This document shows, piece after piece, positions 39,498 to 50,467 of a stretch of DNA of 64,000 nt. The stretch comes from an uncultured Acidobacteriota bacterium (GTDB taxonomy: Bacteria > Acidobacteriota > Blastocatellia > RBC074). Location: the NCBI GenBank assembly GCA_963796275.1, contig CAWCKY010000003.1, positions 352,001 through 416,000 of the forward strand. Direction: 5' to 3'. Each line of letters begins with the position of its first letter. Positions within the stretch are counted from its first letter, which is position 1. Position numbers and translations under genes: made by a program. The notes beneath the pieces are model-generated. The model searched no databases. It was not told the DNA's origin and saw only the letters and a list, made by a program, of their open reading frames with translations.

Positions 39498-42400
39498 ATG
39501 ATAGCCAATTTTTTCATCAATCGACCGATCGTGGCCATGGTTATCGCGATCGTAACTGTCATCGCCGGCCTCGTTTCGATGCGTTCGCTCCCGCTGGCGC
39601 AGTTTCCCCCAATTCTCCCGCCGCAGATCATCGTCTCGACGACATACACGGGAGCGGATGCAGTCACCATCGAACAGTCGGTCTCCACCCCGCTCGAACA
39701 GCAGATGAACGGCGTGGACAATATGCTTTACATGCACTCGACCAACGCCAACGATGGCAGTGAGTCGCTGACGGTCACGTTCGACGTAGAGACCGACGTC
39801 AATACCGATCAGGTCAACGTACAGAACCGGGTGGCGCAGGCGCAGCCGAATCTTCCGACCGATGTTAATCAATTTGGTTTGTCTATCCGGAAATCGACTG
39901 GCATCCCCATGATGGTCATCTCGCTCTACTCACCCAACAAGAGCTACAACTCGCTCTTCCTGGCAAACTACGCGAACATCAACGTCAACGACGCCATCTA
40001 TCGTGTTCCGGGAGTGGGCGAGGTCAGGCTGTTCGGCGCGAGCGATTACGCGATGCGGATATGGGTCAAGCCCGATGTGTTGGCCAAGTTGGGGCTGGCC
40101 GTTACGGATCTGGCCGGCGCCGTTCGACAGCAGAGCACAGTCAACCCGAGCGGTCAGGTCGGCGCCGAACCCGCGCCGAAGGGAAAGGAGATGACTTACA
40201 CCGTGCGGGCACAAGGCCGGCTCCAGACCCCGGAAGAGTTCGGCCAGATCGTTGTTCGCTCGAATCCCGACGGCTCGGTGGTCCGTTTGAAGGATGTGGC
40301 CCGCATTGAGTTGGGAGCTCTCAACTACCAGCAGATCGCGCGGATGAACGGCCAGCCGAGTTGCATCGTCGCAGTCTTTCAGGCGCCCGGGTCGAATGCC
40401 CTGGCCGTCGCGGAAGGCGTGAAGAATATGATGGAAGAGTTGAAGGGCCGGTTTCCTTCCGACTTGGATTATTTGATAACGCTGGACACGACGCTGCCGG
40501 TCACCGAAGGTATCAAAGAGATCATCAAGACATTGGTCGAGGCGATGATCCTGGTCATCCTCGTGGTATTTCTCTTCCTCCAGAACTGGCGCGCGACGCT
40601 CATCCCGATGATAGCGGTTCCCGTCTCGCTGATCGGCACGTTCGCCGTCTTTCCGATGCTGGGCTTCACGATCAACACCCTCTCGCTCTTCGGCCTGGTG
40701 CTCGCCATCGGACTCGTCGTAGACGACGCTATCATCGTCGTCGAAGCGGTCGAACACCACATCGAAGAAGGGATGTCGCCGCGCGAAGGCGGCGGTCGAG
40801 GCCATGAAAGAGGTGTCGGGACCGGTGGTGGCAATCGCGCTCATCCTCGCCTCGGTCTTCCTCCCTGTTGCGTTCATGGGCGGCATCCAGGGCCGGCTTA
40901 ATAATCAGTTCGCTGTCACCATCGCCATCTCTGTGCTCATATCGGCATTCAACGCGCTGACGCTTTCGCCGGCGCTGTCTGCGCTCCTGCTCAAACCCAG
41001 AAAGGAATCGAGAGGATTACTCGCCCGTTTCTTCGGTGGCTTTAACAGGTGGTTTTCGAAGGCGACGCACGGCTATGTCAACTGGAGCCACGCCTTGATT
41101 CGCAAAGCGGTTATCGGGGTTCTGATCCTGGCCGGCTTCGCGGTGGTGGATGGCCTCATCGGCAGAAAGCTTCCGACCAGCTTCCTGCCGGAAGAGGATT
41201 ACGGCTACATATTTCTCAATGCTCAGCTGCCACCTGCTGCTTCTTTGGAGAGAACGGACGAGGTGCTGAGGAAGATCGAGAATATCCTGGGAAAGACCGA
41301 GGGCGTGCGATCCTACAACACGATTGGGGGCTTCAGCCTGCTGACGCGTATTTCGGCTAGTTACCAGGGCTTCTTCTTCGTCGGTCTGAAGCCATGGGAT
41401 GAACGGGGCTCGCGAAAACTCGAAGCGCAGGGAATCGTCGCGGCTTTGAACCAGGAGATGGCGGCCCAGATTCCGGAGGCGATGGCATTCGCTTTCATGC
41501 CGCCTTCGATTCCCGGCCTCGGGAGCGCGGGCGGATTCTCGTTTTGGATTCAGGATCGCAGCGGCGGTACGGCGGATTTTCTCGACCAGAATCTTCAGAG
41601 ATTCCTCGAAGCTGCGCGCAAACGGCCGGAACTCACCGGAGTCGCTTCTCAGTTCTCCGCCTCAGTACCGCAAATATTTGCCGAGGTCGATCGCGACAAG
41701 GTCCTTAAACAGGGAGTGGCGGTGGCTGACGTTTATCAGACATTGCAGGCGTATCTGGGCGGGCTCTTTCTCAACCAGTTCAACCGCTTCGGCCGCCAGT
41801 GGCGCGTATTTCTGCAGGCGGAAGGGGAGGAACGCCAAAGCGATCAGGACATTCGCAACTATTTTGTCAGGAATAATGACGGGAATATGGTGCCGCTTTC
41901 GGCGCTGGTGACGACGCGCCGGATCAGCGGCCCTGAGTACACCAATCGCTTCAATCTTTTCCGCGCGGCTCAGGTAATCGGGAGCGCGGCTCCCGGGTAC
42001 AGTTCCGGACAGGCGATGACTGCGCTTGAAGAAGTTGGCGAAAGAAGTACTGCCGCCTGAGATGGGCTATGACTGGGCTGATCTCTCATACCAGGAAAAG
42101 ATGGCATCGGGAGCAGCTTTGACCTCGTTCGCACTTTCCATAGTCTTCGTCTTTCTGATCCTGGCAGCACTCTACGAGAGCTGGACGCTGCCGTTCTCGG
42201 TCCTGCTCACTGTGCCGGTTGCTATCTTCGGCGCATTCGCCGGTCTGTTGCTGCGAGGTTATGACCTCGATGTTTACGCTCAGATCGGCTTGATTGTGCT
42301 CGTGGGCCTGGCGGCGAAGAATGCCATACTGATCGTCGAGTTTGCGAAGCTCGAGTTCGAGAAGGGGCGAGACCTGGCGGAAGCCGCGCTAGAAGGCGCA

Positions 42401-42661
42401 CGTTTGCGCCTGCGGCCTATCCTGATGACGTCTTTCGCATTCATATTAGGTTGCGTGCCGTTGTGGATCGCATCTGGCTCTGGGGCTGCGGGTCGACGAA
42501 TCCTCGGCACCGTGGTGATCGTGGGAATGTTGGCGGCCACGATAATCGCCATCTTCCTCATCCCGGTGACATTTTATGTGGTCGAGAAGCTCTCGGGGGC
42601 CGCGAAGAAGCGCTCAGCCGGAGCTGAGCCTGAAGAGCCGGAACCGGCTCCGGGTGACTGA
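39498..42661 (+). pseudogene. RND efflux permease (AcrB/HAE1 family) split by two +1 frameshifts, probably sequence errors
   Basis: [38 protein letters not shown] spread over three ORFs; removing one base at 40788-89 and one at 42035-38 gives a single 1053-aa frame. Confidence 0.88.
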
Positions 42662-42909
42662 TGCCAATGAGATGCGAAATTTTAAATTTTAGATTTGCTT
42701 CGGGAGACTATTGGTATTTCGGTCGTCTGAAAAACTGAGAACTAATGTAACTGCTCAGCCTCTTCGCCGCGTTAGCGGCGGTTGATTGTAGCCGTGGGTT
42801 TTAACCCACGGAAGGCTTGAAGAATATTCCCGCGTCGCGTTAGCGACGCCTGAATTCAATCGTCGCTGACGCGACGTGAAAAAATCTACCGCCACCGTGG
42901 GTTAAAACC

Positions 42910-44304
42910 CACTGGTATCTACACATTTCCGACGGTCAGGAATAGCCTGGCACAATGAGCCGGGCCATCTGTTTAAGGTCATTGAGGTCATAATGTTCGA
43001 GCAATTCAAGTGTCGACAAGAAACTCCAAAACCCAGCCAACAATGCTGGTGCAGTGGGTTGCCCACGCCGAACTTGTCGACCGCTCAATCGCACCAAGAG
43101 ATTGCGCAGGGTGACCGTCTGCGGATTCGTTGCGCGTTGGATGTGCCAGACTACGACACGAGCCATGGCCGCCACCAACAAACGTTTGGCAATCGCCTCA
43201 GCAGTTTCCTGCTGCCACTGGTCGACTTGGAAACCATGACTTTTAAGCAACTTGAAGTAAGATTCAATTCTCCAGCGCCAGTAGTACCATTCGGCCAGTT
43301 GCTCAGCGCTGATGCCAGCCGGCACGTTACTGAGCAAGTACCATTCAGCCGCAATCGTTTCATCGGGCAAGCGCAGTTGACAGACAATCAAGCGCAGTTC
43401 GAGCGGCTCACCTTTGATCCATTGACGCTTGCCCCCGTCGCGCGCGCGGGGAAAGGCCGGACGATCAATGACGATGCTGGTTTCGCCCACAAACAGTTGC
43501 CCAATGAGATTGGCCGAAATCTCTACCGCTTGGCTAGCGCGCAAGGCGACCTGTGCTGCGACCTGGCTCAACGGTTGTGTCCGCTCCTGCCAAACAACTC
43601 TCTGTTCCCCGTTGGCACGTACTTCAAACAGATGGCCTTCACTATTCCATTGACGATAGTGAAAGATCGAGTCGCCTTCCCGATCAATGATGTGGACCAG
43701 CGGCAACGACAGTTTTTGCTTCTGCGAAGCCCGCATTGTCTGGCTCACCAATCCCAGGGGCGACCAATCTCTGTGCCTCTCTTCATCAAGCGTTGTGTGC
43801 CATCCATCATTGGCCCACAGCCCAAGGCTGATCGGCGCTATCGGCGCCCCGCTCTGGTCGCTCAGCAGCAACGTGGTCGCCAGTTTGTAGCCCAAGTCGC
43901 TGCCGATTTTTTTCCGATCATTCTTGCTCGTATGCGTTCCGTAGCGCAGATCAGACCAGTCGTGGATCGCCAGTCCATACCGTCGACAGACAAGCGGCAT
44001 CTCCCGCCGAGCTTGTTCTACCAACGGTTCGACCAGCCCCGTCAGCTTCACATTGGGGTTGGCATAAAATCGCCAGGCCGCTTGCGTGCTGGCAAACGCT
44101 TCATTAACGCTCGGCAGCGCACGCGATCCAGCAGCTTGATTCTCGCTTGTATGGAGATGTTCATTCACCAGCCTCTCATACCGTCTTTGCAAACGGGGGT
44201 CAAATGGAGGTTTGAGGAGAAACATTCAAAGAGCATATTCTTCGGTAGGTTTGATTGCGATAACTCTTTGCAACCAAACGCAAAAACTTGTGTAGATACC
44301 AGTG
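42910..44304 (-). mobile_element. IS4-family (IS50/Tn5-like) insertion sequence, 1395 bp
   Basis: Terminal IRs CACTGGTATCTACACATTT / CACTGGTATCTACACAAGT (same TACACAAGT spacing as the Tn5 outside end); 10-bp direct repeat GGTTAAAACC at 42900-42909 and 44305-44314. The boundary is ambiguous by a few bp because the target is palindromic. Confidence 0.9.
42936..44225 (-). CDS. IS4-family DDE transposase
   Basis: AAWRFYAN, IHDWSDL, IIDREGD and YREK motif YYWRWRIESYFKLLK. Confidence 0.92.
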   Translation of the reverse strand: MFLLKPPFDPRLQRRYERLVNEHLHTSENQAAGSRALPSVNEAFASTQAAWRFYANPNVKLTGLVEPLVEQARREMPLVCRRYGLAIHDWSDLRYGTHTSKNDRKKIGSDLGYKLATTLLLSDQSGAPIAPISLGLWANDGWHTTLDEERHRDWSPLGLVSQTMRASQKQKLSLPLVHIIDREGDSIFHYRQWNSEGHLFEVRANGEQRVVWQERTQPLSQVAAQVALRASQAVEISANLIGQLFVGETSIVIDRPAFPRARDGGKRQWIKGEPLELRLIVCQLRLPDETIAAEWYLLSNVPAGISAEQLAEWYYWRWRIESYFKLLKSHGFQVDQWQQETAEAIAKRLLVAAMARVVVWHIQRATNPQTVTLRNLLVRLSGRQVRRGQPTAPALLAGFWSFLSTLELLEHYDLNDLKQMARLIVPGYS

Positions 44305-44396
44305 GGTTAAAACCCACGGCTACAATCAACCGCCACTAACGCGGCGAAGAGGCTGAACGGATACAAATCTAAAATCTAAAATCTGTATTGCGGGAG

Positions 44397-45815
44397 ATGA
44401 AGATGAATACTCGATCTTTAACTGGAGTCATCATTCTGACACTCGTTGCGGGCTGTAGCGTCGGTCCCAAATACGGCAGGCCTCCCGTCACCCAACCCAC
44501 TGTTTACCGCGGAAGCGTTATTCCGGCAGCGGCTCCCAGCCTCGACTCGCTGGCTGATCTGAGATGGTTCGAGGTTTTCAAGGATGAACGGCTGCAGGAT
44601 TTGATCAGAGCAGCTCTCGTCAATAACTATGATCTGCGAGAGGCGGTCGCGCGGGTCGCCGCGGCCCGGGCCAATCTCGGTATCACCCGCTCCGACCAGA
44701 TCCCGAATCTCAATGCGGACCTCGATATAATCGTCCTTCGCAATTCGAGCAGCGGCCAGTTCGTATTACCCAGTGCGTTTCGGCGAGACCGCACATTCGG
44801 AACGACCGTTCTCAATCTGCTCTCCTTCGAACTCGATCTCTGGGGCCGCCTGCGCAGCGCGACCGAAGCCGCGCGCGCCGATCTGCTCACCGCTGATGAG
44901 AACCGCAAAGCCGTCATCACTACCCTCGTAAGTGACGTGGCTACTGCTTACTTCAATCTGATCGAACTGGATATGGAGTTGGAGATCGCCCAACGAACGC
45001 TGACGACCCGCCAGGAATCATTGCGGTTGATACGCATACGGGAGCAGGGCGGCGTCGCGACGATGTTGGATGTGCGCCAGGCCGAACAGTTGGTATACGC
45101 CGCGGCCCAGACAATCCCCGACATCGAGCGCTTGATCGAACAGACGGAGAATCAGATCAGCCTGTTGCTGGGTAGGAACCCCGCGCCAGTGGTTCGTGGA
45201 CTGGCTTTGACCGACCAGGAGCAACCGCCGTCAGTCCCGCCGGGGTTGCCCTCGTCATTGCTCGAGCGGCGTCCGGACATCCGGGCCGCGGAAGAGAACT
45301 TGGTAGCGGCCACTGCCATCATCGGTGTGGCAAGGGCGGCATACTTCCCCCAAATCACCCTCACAGGATTCATGGGGTTTCAAAGCAGTCAACTGGCTAA
45401 TATGTTCACCAGCTCGGGGACATATTGGACTTTTATGCCCCAGGTGACCCAGCCGATCTTTACCGGCGGCCTGATAAAATCGACTGTCAGACTTTCGGAG
45501 GCGGAGCAGCAGCTGGCGCTGACGCAGTATGAGCGGGCCATCCGGACCGGGTTCCGTGAAGTATCGGACGCACTCATCGAGTATCGCAAGGTCAAGGAGA
45601 TTCGCGTGCAGCAGGAAGGATTGGTGACCACTCTCAGAGACAGGTCGCGGTTGGCCTATATGCGGTACAGGGGCGGCGTGGATACGCTGCTCAACGCGCT
45701 GGACGCCGATCGCGACCTGTTCGCGGCGGAATTGAGTCTGGCGCAAACGCGGCGCAATGAGTTGCTCGCGCTGGTCCAGCTTTATAAGGCCCTGGGCGGC
45801 GGATGGCAGCAATAA
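44397..45815 (+). CDS. RND outer-membrane factor lipoprotein (NodT/OprM family)
   Basis: Lipobox VAG-C, FELDLWGRLR, LLERRPDIRAAE, LYKALGGGW. Confidence 0.93.
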   Translation: MKMNTRSLTGVIILTLVAGCSVGPKYGRPPVTQPTVYRGSVIPAAAPSLDSLADLRWFEVFKDERLQDLIRAALVNNYDLREAVARVAAARANLGITRSDQIPNLNADLDIIVLRNSSSGQFVLPSAFRRDRTFGTTVLNLLSFELDLWGRLRSATEAARADLLTADENRKAVITTLVSDVATAYFNLIELDMELEIAQRTLTTRQESLRLIRIREQGGVATMLDVRQAEQLVYAAAQTIPDIERLIEQTENQISLLLGRNPAPVVRGLALTDQEQPPSVPPGLPSSLLERRPDIRAAEENLVAATAIIGVARAAYFPQITLTGFMGFQSSQLANMFTSSGTYWTFMPQVTQPIFTGGLIKSTVRLSEAEQQLALTQYERAIRTGFREVSDALIEYRKVKEIRVQQEGLVTTLRDRSRLAYMRYRGGVDTLLNALDADRDLFAAELSLAQTRRNELLALVQLYKALGGGWQQ

Positions 45816-46702
45816 GATTTTCTTCCCATCAATTTTTCAGAAAGCCGAGAATCTCCCAGCCACTCCTCGAATCGTGCGAGCCAGGTTGATACAGCGTTCC
45901 GATTCTTCTCGCGGAAGCCGAATCCGTGGCCAGCGCCGGAGTAAACATGAAACTCCGCGGGAACGCCCGCGTCTTTGAATTTCAGATATACTTCCGCCAA
46001 ACCGCGCGAGATGTCGGGCCGGTCGTTGAATCCGCATAGTAGAAAGGCAGGGGGTGATTCTTTGGTTACCTCGATTCTGCCGGAACTGCCGGGATATATG
46101 AGCGCCTGAAAATCCGGCCGCGAACTTTCGCGCTCCACTACATCTGCGGCCTCCTGGTTGCCGTTGAGGAACCGCATTCCGGAGAGCGCCGCGAGCTCCC
46201 CGCCGGCCGAAAATCCCATCACTCCTATGCGCGAGGTGTTGATTCCCCATTCCTGAGCCCGGCTGCGTACATATCGAATTGCCCTTTGAGCATCGGCGAG
46301 CGCGTGTACGTCAACTTTGTAGATCGATTCGGGTTCGCGCGCGAGCCGATATTTGAGGACGAACGCCGCAATGCCGCGGGCGCTCAACCATCTGGCTGCG
46401 TTGTGTCCCTCGTGATCGACCCACAATTCGCGATGACCGCCTCCTGGAGCGACGATCACCGCAGTGCCAGTGGCTTTTTCTTTGGATGGGAGGTAAGGGG
46501 TGATAGACGGTTTGTGCACATTCGACACGACGTGCTCACCGTCCTTGGTAATCCGGACCTTCTCATCACCTGCACCACCTGGGGATCCGGGTGCGCCATC
46601 AGGCCAGAGGGGTATCGCGCGCGGTACTTCCGCTCCTGGAAACGCCACCGGCGATAACAGTAATATAAAAACAATAAGTTGGAGTCTGAGTGGTTTCTTC
46701 AT
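45782..46702 (-). CDS. Exported alpha/beta hydrolase (carbohydrate esterase-like)
   Basis: Signal peptide, PLWPDGAPG, APGGG, nucleophile GFSAGG, GAGHGFG. Confidence 0.88.
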   Translation of the reverse strand: MKKPLRLQLIVFILLLSPVAFPGAEVPRAIPLWPDGAPGSPGGAGDEKVRITKDGEHVVSNVHKPSITPYLPSKEKATGTAVIVAPGGGHRELWVDHEGHNAARWLSARGIAAFVLKYRLAREPESIYKVDVHALADAQRAIRYVRSRAQEWGINTSRIGVMGFSAGGELAALSGMRFLNGNQEAADVVERESSRPDFQALIYPGSSGRIEVTKESPPAFLLCGFNDRPDISRGLAEVYLKFKDAGVPAEFHVYSGAGHGFGFREKNRNAVSTWLARFEEWLGDSRLSEKLMGRKSYCCHPPPRAL

Positions 46703-46864
46703 ATGATCGAAAGGACGTCATTAATCCTCGCTCAGTTACGTTAATGATAAAACTTGTGACGAATTACAGAGGTGGACCGTATTAGCCGTATTGCGGAAAC
46801 CAAAATTTTATTCTAATTTGTGCAACCCAATCCATTTGTAAACCAGACCAACGGAGGACAAGAA

Positions 46865-48454
46865 ATGCAAGATAAGAAGATCACTCGACGGAGATTCGTC
46901 GCAGGTACAACCGGCGCCACGCTTGGAACTATGATCGTGCCGAGGCATGTGCTCGGTGGTACAGGCTACATCGCCCCGAGCGATAAGCTGAACGTTGCCG
47001 TAGTCGGGTGCGGCGGGCAAGGCGCTTCCGATGCAGCGGAACTGGTGACTGGTGGTCAGAATATCGTAGCGCTCGCCGACATCGACTTCGATTTCGTCGA
47101 TTCCGAGATGGAGCGGCGCGTGAAGGGGCGCGACGGTCAGACGAATCCGGCCTTCGTCAAATTGCAGGAAGCTTTCGCCAAGGCGAAGCGATACGCCGAT
47201 TTCCGCAAGATGCTGGAAGAACAGAAAGACATCGAAGCGGTGATCGTGGCCACACCCGACCACAATCACGCGGTAGTGGCGAAGACTGCTATGGAATTGG
47301 GCAAGCACGTATACGTCGAGAAGCCGATGGCATGGTCGGTCCATGAAGCTCGCGTGTTGCGAGAGACGGCCAAGCGCACCAAGGTGGTGACGCAGATGGG
47401 CAACCAGGGCCATTCGAGCGAAGAAGCGCGCCTCATCAACGAGTGGATTCAAGCCGGCATCATTGGCCCAGTGCGCGAGGTTCACGTCTGGACAAACCGC
47501 CCGATCTGGCCGCAGGGAGTGCCTCGCCCCGCCAAGTCCACGCCGCTGCCCGAAAGTTCGTCGCCGGTCGCAGGGTCCGGACAGATCCAGGGCTCGGGTC
47601 AGCAGGGAGCTGGGAGGCGGCAGTCGTCAAGCTCGGTCGGAGTCCAATGGTCACAGCGCCGCGTCAACCGAGAGACCGCGGCCGCGATTCTCGGGGACTA
47701 TTCAGCTCCATCGTCGCTCAATTGGGATATATTTCTGGGACCGGCGCCCGAGGTGGACTATCATCCGATCTATCATCCATTCAACTGGCGCGGGTGGGTA
47801 GATTGGGGGACAGGGGCGCTCGGCGATATGGGCGCACACCTGATCGATCATCCCTACTGGGCATTGGGACTGGGCTGGCCGACTGAGATCGAGGCCACGT
47901 CTACTCCCTGGGGGACAGACAGCAAGAACAACCCGGTCAGTCACCCGCTGGCGACCCAGGCGGTCTATCACTTCCCGGCTCGCGGAAAACAGCCCCCCGT
48001 CAGGATGATCTGGTGCGATGGCGGTCTGATGGCGCCGCGTCCGGACGTATTGCCGGAGAATGTCTCCCTGGAGCGCGGCGGCGGCGTGATAATCATCGGC
48101 GAGAAGGGAATTCTGATGCACGAGACTTATGGTAAGAACCCGCGCCTCTATCCCGAATCGCTGATGGAGCAGGCAAAGAAGGTCCCGCAGAAGTATGAAC
48201 GGATCGAGACTGACGAACGCAAGAATGCGCTGCACCGGATGAACTGGGCGAAGGCGTGCAAGGGGCAGGGCAAGGCGACGTCACCTTTCGAATATGCCTC
48301 GATGCTGACCGAGACGATGCTTCTCGGCATCGTGGCGCTGCGAACCGGCCAGGGTAAACAGATCCGTTACGACGGCGAAAACGGAAAGGTCACCAATGTT
48401 TCGGAGGCCAACCAATACCTGCATCGCGAATACCGAAAGGGTTGGAGCCTGTGA
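46865..48454 (+). CDS. Gfo/Idh/MocA family oxidoreductase, Tat-exported
   Basis: [37 protein letters not shown]; GGAGGA RBS before ATG 46865. Confidence 0.93.
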   Translation: MQDKKITRRRFVAGTTGATLGTMIVPRHVLGGTGYIAPSDKLNVAVVGCGGQGASDAAELVTGGQNIVALADIDFDFVDSEMERRVKGRDGQTNPAFVKLQEAFAKAKRYADFRKMLEEQKDIEAVIVATPDHNHAVVAKTAMELGKHVYVEKPMAWSVHEARVLRETAKRTKVVTQMGNQGHSSEEARLINEWIQAGIIGPVREVHVWTNRPIWPQGVPRPAKSTPLPESSSPVAGSGQIQGSGQQGAGRRQSSSSVGVQWSQRRVNRETAAAILGDYSAPSSLNWDIFLGPAPEVDYHPIYHPFNWRGWVDWGTGALGDMGAHLIDHPYWALGLGWPTEIEATSTPWGTDSKNNPVSHPLATQAVYHFPARGKQPPVRMIWCDGGLMAPRPDVLPENVSLERGGGVIIIGEKGILMHETYGKNPRLYPESLMEQAKKVPQKYERIETDERKNALHRMNWAKACKGQGKATSPFEYASMLTETMLLGIVALRTGQGKQIRYDGENGKVTNVSEANQYLHREYRKGWSL

Positions 48455-48482
48455 TTTGTAAAGGGCAATCGCCTAAGTAGAG

Positions 48483-48768
48483 TCACGACAAAGAGCAGAA
48501 CACAAAAACACAAAAGACACACCAAACGACACAAAGACAGGCGAGAACGCGAACTTTTTGTGTCGGTGTCTTTTGTGTTTTTTACTTTTGTGATGAAAAT
48601 TGAGCATATCGAACAAAGAGAGTTGCGGCCCGAGCGGAGTTAGGCTGAGTTGAGCGAAGGTTTTTTCGGAAATACCAGGAGAGCAGAACTGATCCACCAC
48701 AAAATTTCAGTCAAAAGAGCGACTCTCTATTTTGTGCCTTTGCCGACTATCTGTTTTTGTGGCGGATC
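48483..48768. repeat. Two CACAAAA-type inverted-repeat elements between convergent genes
   Basis: aaaaacacaaaagacac / gtgtcttttgtgttttt (about 48500-48582) and gatccaccacaaaa / ttttgtggcggatc (48691-48768). Confidence 0.75.
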
Positions 48769-48781
48769 CTTCTCGCTATAT

Positions 48782-50080
48782 TCAGTTTACATCGACCGGG
48801 TCAAGTTTGGGCGCCAGCAGCTGAATGACCAGAAGCGCGATTAAATACGCGGAGCCTGCAATAATGAAGATCGGGACATAGCTGCCGGTCCATTGCAGGA
48901 TATAGCCGACGAGTGTGGCAATCAGCATTCCGCCGACCGCGCCGGCCATTCCGCCGATGCCGACGACCGAGCCGACGGCTTTGCGCGGGAACATATCAGA
49001 TGACGTGGTGAAGAGATTGGCAGACCATCCTTGATGCGCGGCCGCCGCCAACCCGACCAACAGTACCGCCACCCAGACATTCGAAGCGTTCGCCGCAAAG
49101 ACGACCGGAACGACGGAGACCGCACAGATGAGCATTGCGGTCTTGCGCGCGCCATTGACCGTCCAGCCCCGTTTTATCAAGGTGGATGACAGCCAGCCGC
49201 CGGCGACGCTGCCGACGTCTGCAATCAGGTAGACGACGATCAAAGGCAATCCGATGCTCTTAAGATCGATGCCGTAATTTTTGTTCAGGAAATCGGGCAG
49301 CCAGAAGAGATATATCCACCAGATCGGGTCGGTCATGAATTTGCCGATGGCGAAAGCCCAGGTCTGCCGATGAGGAAAAAGTCGTGCCCAGGGTACACTG
49401 GCCTCTTTGTCGGGTGGATCACTTTGAATGTGAGCGCGTTCCTTATCTGACAACCGGGCATGTTCTTCCGGACGCTGATATAGGGCCAGCCAGGCTATCA
49501 GCCAGAGAAACCCGATCAAACCGGTCAACACGAACGCCCATCTCCATCCATAAGCAAGAGTGATAGGTGGCACGATCGCCGCAGCGACAAGTATGCCGAC
49601 GTTCGTGCCTGCATTAAAAATGCCGGTAGCCAATGCTCGTTCGTTTTTGGGAAACCACTCGGCCACCGTTTTTATTGACGCCGGAAAGTTACCTGCTTCA
49701 CCCAGACCGAGGGCGAAGCGCCAGAAACTGAAACCCATGACGGTCGAGGCTAACGCGTGTCCCATTGCCGCGATGCTCCAGAATATAACGGACAATGAAA
49801 ACCCTTTGCGCGTGCCTAACCAATCCATGACGCGCCCGGCAAGGAGCAGGCCAATGGCATAGGCGGTCTGGAAAGCGATGACAACCCGACTGTAGCCGAT
49901 ATCATCCCAGATGCCTTCTTGTTGCAGAATTGGTTTGAGCGTGGCGATGACCTGGCGGTCGATGTAATTGATCGTCGCGGCAAAGAAGAGAAGCGCACAG
50001 ATGTACCACCGAAGACGTTTGATCGTGGATCTAACTCCAGCCGCGGTAGCAGTCTGGGCTGTGGTGATTTCTCGTTCCAT
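48782..50080 (-). CDS. exuT: MFS hexuronate transporter (ExuT-like)
   Basis: INYIDRQ, GEAGNFP, EWFPKNERALATGIFNAG, TDPIWW, AHQGWSAN. Confidence 0.85.
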   Translation of the reverse strand: MEREITTAQTATAAGVRSTIKRLRWYICALLFFAATINYIDRQVIATLKPILQQEGIWDDIGYSRVVIAFQTAYAIGLLLAGRVMDWLGTRKGFSLSVIFWSIAAMGHALASTVMGFSFWRFALGLGEAGNFPASIKTVAEWFPKNERALATGIFNAGTNVGILVAAAIVPPITLAYGWRWAFVLTGLIGFLWLIAWLALYQRPEEHARLSDKERAHIQSDPPDKEASVPWARLFPHRQTWAFAIGKFMTDPIWWIYLFWLPDFLNKNYGIDLKSIGLPLIVVYLIADVGSVAGGWLSSTLIKRGWTVNGARKTAMLICAVSVVPVVFAANASNVWVAVLLVGLAAAAHQGWSANLFTTSSDMFPRKAVGSVVGIGGMAGAVGGMLIATLVGYILQWTGSYVPIFIIAGSAYLIALLVIQLLAPKLDPVDVN

Positions 50081-50467
50081 TTTGCCTCCGTATCGGTGCG
50101 GGTTTGCGGATGAAGATCAGAGCAGGTCTGTCTCAAAAAGCTCGCGTAGCATAATGCAGGGTTGACACGTGGTCAAACCATTTGGATAATGCGCCAAGCT
50201 GATAAACTTAAAGATAATCAATCATCGGGGATTTCTACAAACAAAAATATCGCGTCGGCTTAACTTTTGACGAGCTTTGCTGGGAAACCTCTAACCGCTG
50301 AAGTCCCCTCAACACGTTGTTAACAAACTAATTCATAATCGGCGCGACCACGTGGGTTGCGTTGGAGCATTCAGCACCCTTCCACGAATGCCCCGGCAAT
50401 AAATCCGGAGTATTGGGAGGATTCTCTATCTACACGTCACCCAAGCGTGTAGTAATCAGGAGCCCAG

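Larger units (their letters stand above)
42746..44365. repeat. REP/REPIN-like palindromic element interrupted by the IS
   Basis: Left arm tcagcctcttcgccgcgttagcggcggttgattgtagccgtgggttttaacccacgg pairs with right arm ccgtgggttaaaacccacggctacaatcaaccgccactaacgcggcgaagaggctga; inner cgcgtcgcgttagcgacg / cgtcgctgacgcgacg pair. Confidence 0.85.

Noticed and set aside
42993-44339. 448-aa plus-strand ORF antisense to the transposase
   Set aside because: It mirrors the transposase, has no recognisable motif and runs past the IS end into the REP; treated as a shadow ORF.
46756-46770. gtgacgaattacag, nearly identical to the start of the enhancer site at 35408
   Set aside because: The second half-site is missing and no sigma54 box is visible nearby; probably chance.
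48483-48768. Repeat cluster considered as a CRISPR array
   Set aside because: Units are short, degenerate and inverted rather than identical direct repeats with spacers; no cas genes.
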